A stretch of DNA of 64,000 nucleotides from contig JBELLK010000007.1 of assembly GCA_042088625.1 (NCBI GenBank), positions 945 to 64,944 of the forward strand, read 5' to 3'. The notes under the pieces were generated by a model. The model saw only the letters and a program-made list of their open reading frames with translations. It was not told the DNA's origin and did not search any database. Within the stretch, counting starts at the first letter, position 1, and every line of letters begins with the position of its first letter. Origin of the DNA: Flavobacteriales bacterium. GTDB taxonomy: Bacteria; Bacteroidota; Bacteroidia; Flavobacteriales_D; Sanyastnellaceae. Of the stretch, positions 45,207 through 53,014 are shown piece after piece. The position numbers and the translations under genes are program-made.

Positions 45207-46234
45207 GCCGTCGTGCGTTGAAGCCCACTGAGCCGGGTCAATTCACGTTGCAACTCCCTTCGGGGCATGGGGACCACCCCAACTTTTTCGCAGACCCATC
45301 CCCCCGCGAGGTTGGCCACAGCGGCAACAGATTCGGCGTCACTTCCGGCTGCAAGCATCAATGCTGCGGTTGCGATGACGGTGTCGCCCGCGCCACTCAC
45401 GTCCACCACTTCACGTTGCAGAGCATTCATGTGGACATGTTCCACACCCTGGCTTGGCGCATGAATCCAAGCGCCATGTTCGCCCAACGTCACAAACGCA
45501 CATTCACAGCCAAGGGTGTGCATCAAGGTGTTTACGGCATGAACCATGGAATCACGGTTGGTGGGGTCCGCGGGTGCCTCGAGTGGCAAGCCCTCGTTGA
45601 GTTCTTTCAAATTGGGCTTGAAGAGGGCCACATTCTTGTAGTCCAAAAACCGCCGCAATTTGGGGTCCACGGCCACAGGGATGCTTGCTTTCGAACATCG
45701 GTCAAGCACGCCCCGAATGAGGGCTGTCGTCATCAATCCCTTGTCGTAGTCTTCCAACACCACAACCTCGGGCGGCTCATCGGTTGCCAACAACGCTTCA
45801 AACGCACGGAGCACGTTTTCTGCCACAGCTGACGAAACCTCTGCAGTGGATTCTTCATCCACGCGCAGCACATGCTTGTCGCTGCTGATGATGCGGGTTT
45901 TGACGGTGGTGGGACGTTCAGGATCCACGATCAAATGAGCTTGGCACATGTCCGATAGTAGAGCGGCCAGCTGCGACCCAGCGACGTCGTCACCCACAAC
46001 GCTGATGAGCTCGACGTTCGCACCTAACGCGTCCAAATTTTTCACCACGTTTCCGGCACCTCCGACGCGTCGTTCACGTTGTTCGATGTCCACAACAGGA
46101 ACTGGAGCCTCGGGACTCATCCGATGAACGTGCCCCCACATGTAGGCATCCACCATGACGTCCCCAATCACGCACACACGGGGTGCTGACCAGGGGAGTT
46201 CCTTGAGTTCCAAATAAGATGGACGTGTGCCCAT
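45203..46234 (-). CDS. PfkB-family sugar kinase, RfaE/HldE domain-I-like (heptose-7-phosphate kinase type)
   Basis: 343 aa with VCVIGDVMVDAYMWGHVHRMSPEAPVPVV, RVGGAGNVVKNL and C-terminal VSGAGDTVIA. Confidence 0.78.
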   Translation of the reverse strand: MGTRPSYLELKELPWSAPRVCVIGDVMVDAYMWGHVHRMSPEAPVPVVDIEQRERRVGGAGNVVKNLDALGANVELISVVGDDVAGSQLAALLSDMCQAHLIVDPERPTTVKTRIISSDKHVLRVDEESTAEVSSAVAENVLRAFEALLATDEPPEVVVLEDYDKGLMTTALIRGVLDRCSKASIPVAVDPKLRRFLDYKNVALFKPNLKELNEGLPLEAPADPTNRDSMVHAVNTLMHTLGCECAFVTLGEHGAWIHAPSQGVEHVHMNALQREVVDVSGAGDTVIATAALMLAAGSDAESVAAVANLAGGWVCEKVGVVPMPRRELQRELTRLSGLQRTTA

Positions 46235-46261
46235 GGGGTCAAAGGTCGGAACTTCTTGCCC

Positions 46262-47461
46262 TTACGCGGAAAGTTGTCTGCATGCAGCGTCAATGCGACG
46301 CACTGCCTCTTGCAGCACGTCATCTGCAGCTGCGTAGGAAAGGCGAATGCATTCGGGCGTGCCGAATGCGGCACCACTCACAGATGCGACCTTGGCTTCT
46401 TCCAACAGGTAGAAGGCCACATCGTTGGCATCGTTCAACGTTTGGCCGTTGAAGGACTTGCCAAACAACGCCGACACATCTGGGAAGACGTAGAAGGCGC
46501 CCATCGGCTGGTTCACCTTGAATCCAGGGACTTGGCTCAATCCGTCCACCATGAGTGCCCGGCGCCGGCGGAAGGCGTCCACCATATCGGAAACCAAGGC
46601 TGGTTGTGCTTCAAGTGCGGCGGCCGCGGCAGCCTGGGTGATGCTCGAAGGCGCTGAGGTGAATTGTCCTTGGATTTTGGTGCATGCAGCCGCAATCCAA
46701 GTGGGTGCACCAATGTACCCCAAGCGCCAGCCCGTCATCGCAAACCCCTTGGAAATGCCATTGACGGTGACGGTGCGTTCCCACATGCCGGGTTGTGCGG
46801 CCATGGATGCGTGTTTGTCCGTGAAATTGATGAGTTCATAAATCTCATCGCTCACCGTGATGACGCGATCGTGTTGACGCAAAATGTCAGCCAATGCGGC
46901 CGTCTCCGATTCTGTGTACACCGACCCAGACGGATTGCAGGGGGAGGAGTACATCACAAGGCGCGTCCTGGGTGTGATCGCCGCCTCAAGTTCTTGGGGT
47001 TGAATTTTGTAGTCGTTGTCAATGCTTGTAGGGAGCACAACGGGTACGCCACCAGCGACCTTGACAATTTCTTCATAGCTGACCCAGTACGGGGCCGGAA
47101 GGATGACCTCATCTCCCGGATCGACCAGCGACAACACGACGTTGGCCAGACTTTGCTTGGCCCCCGTGCTTACGACGACTTGGTCCATGGTGTATTCCAG
47201 TCCGTTGTCGCGCTTGAACTTTTCCACGATGGCCTTCCGCACGCGTGGGGTGCCAGGCACCGGAGTGTAGTGCGTTTCGTTGGCTTCAATGGCATCAACG
47301 CCTGCTTGCTTCATTTCCGTAGGGGTGTCGAAGTCAGGCTCTCCCAACGAGAGCGAAATCACATCGATGCCTTGGTCTTTCAGTTCGCGGGCTTTCCGCG
47401 CCATGGCGATGGTTGCAGATTCGCTGAGGCGCTGGAGAAGGGCGGAGGTTTGTTGTTCCAT
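46262..47461 (-). CDS. Class-I PLP aminotransferase (aspartate aminotransferase type)
   Basis: 399 aa with ISLSLGEPDFDTP, SPCNPSG and PLP-Lys context NGISKGFAMTGWRLGY. Confidence 0.88.
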   Translation of the reverse strand: MEQQTSALLQRLSESATIAMARKARELKDQGIDVISLSLGEPDFDTPTEMKQAGVDAIEANETHYTPVPGTPRVRKAIVEKFKRDNGLEYTMDQVVVSTGAKQSLANVVLSLVDPGDEVILPAPYWVSYEEIVKVAGGVPVVLPTSIDNDYKIQPQELEAAITPRTRLVMYSSPCNPSGSVYTESETAALADILRQHDRVITVSDEIYELINFTDKHASMAAQPGMWERTVTVNGISKGFAMTGWRLGYIGAPTWIAAACTKIQGQFTSAPSSITQAAAAAALEAQPALVSDMVDAFRRRRALMVDGLSQVPGFKVNQPMGAFYVFPDVSALFGKSFNGQTLNDANDVAFYLLEEAKVASVSGAAFGTPECIRLSYAAADDVLQEAVRRIDAACRQLSA

Positions 47462-47479
47462 GACTGGGTTTCAGAGCCG

Positions 47480-47487
47480 CAAAATTA
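47480..47487 (-). promoter_or_regulatory. -7 promoter box TAATTTTG (minus strand), 18 nt before the aminotransferase ATG
   Basis: Plus-strand CAAAATTA at 47480-47487. Confidence 0.4.
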
Positions 47488-47504
47488 GGCAGTGGCAAGC
47501 ACAA

Positions 47505-48983
47505 TCAAGCGGGCTTGCCCAAGGAAATCAAGCCCAGACCTGCTGCTGTGATCAGCCCGTTGACAGGGAGCAGGGCGAAGCCAAAGCTGAAGCCCCAAAC
47601 CGCCACCACTGTTTGCTCCAAAACGTACCCGAGTGCCGGGGCTGCGATGCACACGAATGGGATCAGCGATGCCCGGGGGGTCCATTGGGCAAACATCCCC
47701 ACGCCAAAAAGGCCCAAGAGTGGTCCGTAGGTGTAATTCGCAACGGTGAACAGAGCCGCCACCACGGAGGTGTCGTTGACAGCCCGGAAGGCCATGATCA
47801 CGAGCCACAACAACACGGCCATGCCAAGGTGAACGCGCTGCCTCAAGGACTTGGCGCGCTCGGAGTCCATTTGGGGTGTGTTGAGGACATCCACACAGGT
47901 GGAGGTGGTCAATGCGGTCAACGCAGAATCGGCCGAGCTGAACGCCGAAGCCAACAAACCCACAACGAACGCGACCCCAAGCACGGGGCCGAGGCTGCCG
48001 CCCATGGCCACCATCGGGTACAATCGGTCAGTCGCCTCCGGCAGTGTCATGCCAATGGATTCAGCATGCATCCAAAGCAAGGCCCCCATCGTCAAAAAAA
48101 GCACATTGGCTCCGACCAAAATGACTGTGAACGTGGCCATGTTCCATTGCGCTTCTCTGAGGTTGCGACATGCCAAGTTCTTCTGCATCATGTCTTGGTC
48201 AAGCCCGGTCATGGCAATGGTGACAAACATTCCAGCGAGGATGTGCTTGAACCAGTGGTTGCTGAGGTTCCAGTCTTCGGTGACCCAGATTTGGGTCAAC
48301 TCGGTTGAAGCCACCACTTCAGGCAATGCGGCCCAACCGTGACCGCCAGCACTGAGGATTCCGCCGATCGTCAACACCACTGCCAGCAGCATGCAGGCCG
48401 TCTGAAGGGTGTCTGTCCAAATCACAGTTCCCATGCCGCTCCTCCTGGTGTAGAGATAAATCACTGTGAGGATGCCAGCAGTGGTCAGGCCAAACCACCA
48501 CCACGGAGTCAAGCCCCCGCTCAGCGGTTCCAGCACCAACACGTCGATCACCAACGCCACCAGAAACAACCGGAACGAAGCGCCGATGACCCGACTGACC
48601 AAGAAAAAAGCCGCACCCGTTTTGTGCGCTTCCTGACCAAATCGACCTCCGAGAAAGCCGTAAATGCTCGTGAGTTTTAGCTTGTAGTAAAGCGGTAGGA
48701 GAATGGATGCAACAATCACATATCCAATGCAATACCCAACAACCATTTGCAAGTATGCCCACTCTTGATCTCGGACCCAACCGGGGATGCTGAGGAACGT
48801 CACTCCTGAGAGCGAGGCGCCGACCATGCCAAATGCCACCACGTACCAAGGGGCGTTTTGGCCAGCGACAAAAAACCGTTGCTCCGAGTTGGTGTTGGAC
48901 GACCTGCGGGAAGACCATTGGGCAATGCCCATCAGCACGCCAACGTACACCAAAGCGATGAGCAAAACGGACCACGGCGTCAT
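47505..48983 (-). CDS. Sodium:solute symporter (SSS) family transporter
   Basis: Start at ATG 48983 (MTPWSVLLIALVYVGVLMGIAQW), about 13 TM segments. A -7 box lies 5 nt upstream. Confidence 0.85.
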   Translation of the reverse strand: MTPWSVLLIALVYVGVLMGIAQWSSRRSSNTNSEQRFFVAGQNAPWYVVAFGMVGASLSGVTFLSIPGWVRDQEWAYLQMVVGYCIGYVIVASILLPLYYKLKLTSIYGFLGGRFGQEAHKTGAAFFLVSRVIGASFRLFLVALVIDVLVLEPLSGGLTPWWWFGLTTAGILTVIYLYTRRSGMGTVIWTDTLQTACMLLAVVLTIGGILSAGGHGWAALPEVVASTELTQIWVTEDWNLSNHWFKHILAGMFVTIAMTGLDQDMMQKNLACRNLREAQWNMATFTVILVGANVLFLTMGALLWMHAESIGMTLPEATDRLYPMVAMGGSLGPVLGVAFVVGLLASAFSSADSALTALTTSTCVDVLNTPQMDSERAKSLRQRVHLGMAVLLWLVIMAFRAVNDTSVVAALFTVANYTYGPLLGLFGVGMFAQWTPRASLIPFVCIAAPALGYVLEQTVVAVWGFSFGFALLPVNGLITAAGLGLISLGKPA

Positions 48984-48988
48984 GAGGC

Positions 48989-48996
48989 CAAATGTA
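48989..48996 (-). promoter_or_regulatory. -7 promoter box TACATTTG (minus strand), 5 nt before ATG 48983
   Basis: Plus-strand CAAATGTA at 48989-48996. Confidence 0.4.
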
Positions 48997-49025
48997 CGCG
49001 CGGAACCTCGCAGTGGCCCTGCCGC

Positions 49026-49649
49026 ATGAAGTACCTTCGCAGGGTGCAACTTCCCTCAAGATTGATTGAAGCCGCGGTGGATCAAATGGCCACCTTGCCA
49101 GGCATCGGCCGCAGGACGGCCCTGCGCCTGGTTCTGAACATGTTGGCCAGAGACGAAGAAAGGGTTCGGGACTTTGCGGAGGCCATGATCGCCATGAGGG
49201 AGGGCGTCAAGCCCTGCAGCGTGTGTCACAACCCGACGGAGGATGAGACTTGCAACCTTTGCGCCAACCCCCATCGCGATGCCTCGACGGTTTGTGTGGT
49301 GGAGGACGTGCGCGACCTGCTTGCGTTGGAAAGCATGGGCGAGTATCGTGGCCTGTATCACGTCCTCGGTGGCGTCATCAGCCCCATGGACGGGATCGGG
49401 CCGGCTGATTTGAATGTCGACAGCTTGGTCGCAAGGGCCCAAACCTCAGAAGTAAGAGAGGTCATTTTGGCATTGCCTGCGTCCATGGAGGGCGACACCA
49501 CCGCCTTTTACTTGGCGAAACGGTTGAAAGAAGCGTCGACGTTGCTGACGGCTCTGGCGCGAGGCGTCGCCGTTGGAGAAGCTCTGCAATATGCCGATGA
49601 AGCGACGTTGTCGAGTTCGTTGTTGAACCGCCTTCCATACCAAGGGTGA
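49026..49649 (+). CDS. recR: Recombination protein RecR
   Basis: Start at ATG 49026 (MKYLRRVQLPSRLIEAAVDQMATLPGIGRRTALRL). Zn finger (CSVCHNPTEDETCNLC) and a Toprim domain. Confidence 0.93.
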   Translation: MKYLRRVQLPSRLIEAAVDQMATLPGIGRRTALRLVLNMLARDEERVRDFAEAMIAMREGVKPCSVCHNPTEDETCNLCANPHRDASTVCVVEDVRDLLALESMGEYRGLYHVLGGVISPMDGIGPADLNVDSLVARAQTSEVREVILALPASMEGDTTAFYLAKRLKEASTLLTALARGVAVGEALQYADEATLSSSLLNRLPYQG

Positions 49650-51583
49650 CGGACCTCAGTGTCATCATCGTCAGTTACAACGTTCGGGCATTCCTCGAAC
49701 AATGTTTGGTGTCTGTGCAACGGGCGAGCGAAGGGCTCTCCTTGGACGTTTGGGTGGTGGACAACCACAGCGTAGACGGCTCCGTGGAAATGGTTCAATC
49801 TCGCTTCCCCGAAGTGCAACTCATTGCCAATGAGGAGAATGTGGGCTTCTCCAAAGCCAACAACCAAGCCATTCGCCAGTCCCAAGGGCGCCACGTGCTG
49901 CTGCTCAACCCCGACACAGTTGTGCGAGAAGACACGTTTCGAAAGTGCTTGGCGCATGCCGAGGCACATCCCCAACTCGGCGGCATGGGGGTGCCCATGT
50001 ACGATGGGACGGGCAAGTACCTTCCGGAATCCAAGCGTGGATTGCCCACCCCATGGGCGGCCTTGTGCCGAATGACCGGGCTTCACAAGCTTGCATCCCG
50101 ATCCAAATCCCTGAACGCATACTACGCGGGTCATGTCGAAGAGCATGAAACGGCCCCAGTCGACATTTTGTCTGGCGCCTACATGTGGATGCGCCGTGAA
50201 GCACTCGACAAAGTGGGGCTGCTCGACGAGCAATTTTTCATGTACGGTGAGGACATTGATTTGAGCTGGCGTTTGGTGGAAGGGGGATGGGAGAACCATT
50301 ACTTCGCGAGCACGAGCATCATCCATTACAAAGGCGAGTCGACAAAGAAGGGAAGCTTGAACTACGTCATGGTGTTCTACCGCGCCATGCTTTTGTTCGC
50401 GGCCAAACATTTCGAGGGCCGTCAAGCCAGGGCATTTTCATGGATGATCCGTTCGGCCATCTATGTCAGAGCGGCACTTGCGATCCTGCGCCGTGGATTC
50501 GCAAGGTGGGGCAGCCTCGCCGTGGTGACCCTGGGAACCCTTGCATGGCTGTTGGTCACCATGTTGGGCATGCAAGCCTGGGGAGGCAAGTCGTTCATTT
50601 GGCCCGAGGCTGCCATTCAGGGTTTGGGTTTGGTGCTCGTCCAAATCACAGCCACCTTGGCCCTGGGCGGCTACCGTGACAGCCGCGCGTCGCTGTCTTT
50701 TTCTGGACATGTGTTGGCGTGGTTGGTCTCTTCCATGCTGACCCTGGTGGTGTATGCCTTGTGGCCAGAGGCGTGGAGGTTCAGTCGGGCCGCGGTCCTT
50801 TCCATGGTGTTGGGGCATGCCGTGGTGCATGGCCTGGCCATGTGGCGTGCTTCCAAACGACATGGCCATGCCCATCACATGCGAAGGTTGTTGGTTGCCA
50901 ATGACGACACAGAGCGCCTGATTGATTTGCTGCGACGCAATGAAGGGGAGCGCACGCGATTCAACGTTGTTGCGCTTTGGCCTTCATCCCAAAAGCCATC
51001 CACTTTGCCCAGCATCCAAGGCTTGTCGTGGATTGGGTCGCTTCGCGATTTGCAGGAAGCCGTGCAAATTCACAACGTCGATGAGGTGATTTTCAGTGGA
51101 AGGGACGTAAGAACCGAAGCCATTGTGGAAGCCTTGCCCATGTTGGGGAGAAAGCGGGTGACATGTCGCATTGCGTGGACCGACGTCGGAGATGTGATGT
51201 CGAGTGGTGGGGCTTCGAGGGCTTCTTTCGTGGCGTTTCAACAGGGATTGCATCGGCCGGAGGTGGCGCGGAGCAAAAGGGTGTTTGATGTGGTGGTGGC
51301 CGCGATGGTGCTGTTGGCGGCTCCCGTGTTTTGGGTGTTGCGACAGCGGGGTTGGACCCTTGCAGCTTGGCATGTTCTCAGGGCCCAAAAGACGTGGGTG
51401 AGCCCCGGCAATCTCCAAGCTTCACGGCCTTACGTTTGGTCTGTGACTCAGGGCTTGAAAGGAAGGTCCGCCGAGCGAAAAGCATTCACCTATGCTCAGG
51501 ATTACCATTGGAGAAAAGACGCTGCGGTGGTGGCAGATGCCTTAATTTCGCGTCGAGCAATCATCTCCCATGGCCATCATTGA
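49646..51583 (+). CDS. GT2 glycosyltransferase fused to a polytopic membrane region and a sugar-transferase-N-terminal-like (non-catalytic) domain
   Basis: 645 aa. GT2 core (LSVIIVSYNVRAFLEQCL...VVDNHSVDGS...LLLNPDT...YGEDIDLSWR). About 6 TM helices (aa ~270-400). Rossmann-like segment (RRLLVANDD...VDEVIFSG). Then RSKRVFDVVVAAMVLLAAPVFWVL. GTG start in a GTGA overlap with recR. Confidence 0.75.
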   Translation: MTDLSVIIVSYNVRAFLEQCLVSVQRASEGLSLDVWVVDNHSVDGSVEMVQSRFPEVQLIANEENVGFSKANNQAIRQSQGRHVLLLNPDTVVREDTFRKCLAHAEAHPQLGGMGVPMYDGTGKYLPESKRGLPTPWAALCRMTGLHKLASRSKSLNAYYAGHVEEHETAPVDILSGAYMWMRREALDKVGLLDEQFFMYGEDIDLSWRLVEGGWENHYFASTSIIHYKGESTKKGSLNYVMVFYRAMLLFAAKHFEGRQARAFSWMIRSAIYVRAALAILRRGFARWGSLAVVTLGTLAWLLVTMLGMQAWGGKSFIWPEAAIQGLGLVLVQITATLALGGYRDSRASLSFSGHVLAWLVSSMLTLVVYALWPEAWRFSRAAVLSMVLGHAVVHGLAMWRASKRHGHAHHMRRLLVANDDTERLIDLLRRNEGERTRFNVVALWPSSQKPSTLPSIQGLSWIGSLRDLQEAVQIHNVDEVIFSGRDVRTEAIVEALPMLGRKRVTCRIAWTDVGDVMSSGGASRASFVAFQQGLHRPEVARSKRVFDVVVAAMVLLAAPVFWVLRQRGWTLAAWHVLRAQKTWVSPGNLQASRPYVWSVTQGLKGRSAERKAFTYAQDYHWRKDAAVVADALISRRAIISHGHH

Positions 51584-52916
51584 CATTCTCCTGCCCAAGA
51601 TGGGCGAAAGCGTTGCCGAAGCGACCATCACCAAGATGGTGGTGGACGCAGGAAGCACCGTTGAAGCCGACGACCCCATTGTTGAAATCGCCACCGACAA
51701 GGTGGACTCGGAAGTTCCGGCACCAGAAGATGGAACCTTGGTGGAGTGGTGTGTGTCTGAAGGCGATGTCGTGCAAGTGGGCGCGGTCATTGCGCGTTAC
51801 GACGTAGGAGGAGAGGCCGCACAGGCATCTCCAACGTCTGCACCGGAAGCGACTCCAGCAGCAGCAGTGGCCGACACTCCAGAACCTGAGGTGGTGGCTG
51901 CAGCCATGGCTCCACTCGATGCCGCGCCGTCTCGCAAGGGACCTTCAGGCCGTTTTTACTCGCCCCTGGTTCGGAGCATTGCCCAGGAAGAGGGTGTTGG
52001 CATGGCAGAATTGGAGCAGGTTCCCGGAACGGGTTCGGAGGGACGTGTGACCAAAAAAGACATCTTGGCCTACCTCAAGGCCCGTTCGAACGGCGGTGCC
52101 GCGACGCCAACTCCAAGCCTCGCACCGTCTCCAGCCCCTACGCCTGCGCCCGCCCCCAAGCCCTCACAATCGCAGCCTGCAGTGGCCAAGAGTGTGGATG
52201 GAGCTTACGACATCGTGGAGATGGACCGCATGCGCAAAATGATTGCCGATCACATGGTGCGCAGCGTCCAAACGAGCCCGCACGTGACGTCATTTGTGGA
52301 GGCCGACGTGACCAACTTGGTCATGTGGCGCAACGCCAACAAAGGGGCCTTCCAAGAGAAATTTGGTGAGAAATTGACGTTCACGCCTCTGATTGCAGAG
52401 GCCATTGTCAAAGCGATTCGCGATTTCCCAGGTGTGAATGCCAGTGTGGAAGGAGACAACATCCACATCCACAAAGCCATCCATTTGGGCATGGCGGCGG
52501 CTTTGCCCTCAGGCAATTTGATTGTGCCGGTGATCAAACACGCCGATCAATACAATTTGCAGGGCCTGGCCCGACAAGTGAATGACCTTGCCAACCGCGC
52601 AAGGCTTGGCAAGCTGTCGCCTGACGACATTGCTGGTGGAACGTACACCATGAGCAACGTTGGCACATTTGGCAATGTGATGGGCACGCCAATCATCAAC
52701 CAGCCTCAGGTGGGAATCCTGGCCCTCGGTGCCATTCGAAAGAGACCTGCCGTCCTCGAGACAGAGCACGGAGATGTCATCGCCGTGCGTCACATGATGT
52801 TCCTGAGTCACAGTTACGACCACCGTGTGGTGGATGGCATGCTCGGAGGAAGTTTTGTGCGGAGGGTTGCGGACTACCTTGAAGGGTTCGATTTGAACCG
52901 TCCTTTGGAGGGTTGA
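51570..52916 (+). CDS. 2-oxoacid dehydrogenase E2 component (dihydrolipoamide acyltransferase)
   Basis: 448 aa. Lipoyl domain (IATDKVDSEVPAPEDG), Ala/Pro linkers, E3-binding segment (YSPLVRSIAQEEGV), catalytic motif (LSHSYDHRVVDG). Confidence 0.9.
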   Translation: MAIIDILLPKMGESVAEATITKMVVDAGSTVEADDPIVEIATDKVDSEVPAPEDGTLVEWCVSEGDVVQVGAVIARYDVGGEAAQASPTSAPEATPAAAVADTPEPEVVAAAMAPLDAAPSRKGPSGRFYSPLVRSIAQEEGVGMAELEQVPGTGSEGRVTKKDILAYLKARSNGGAATPTPSLAPSPAPTPAPAPKPSQSQPAVAKSVDGAYDIVEMDRMRKMIADHMVRSVQTSPHVTSFVEADVTNLVMWRNANKGAFQEKFGEKLTFTPLIAEAIVKAIRDFPGVNASVEGDNIHIHKAIHLGMAAALPSGNLIVPVIKHADQYNLQGLARQVNDLANRARLGKLSPDDIAGGTYTMSNVGTFGNVMGTPIINQPQVGILALGAIRKRPAVLETEHGDVIAVRHMMFLSHSYDHRVVDGMLGGSFVRRVADYLEGFDLNRPLEG

Positions 52917-53014
52917 TTTGGAAGAAGAGCTGAAACTTTGTCAGGCCAAAAGTCAAGCGCTCCTTGCCGTTTTGTACCTTCAAGGCCTACCAACGATGCA
53001 TGTTTGACAACGTG

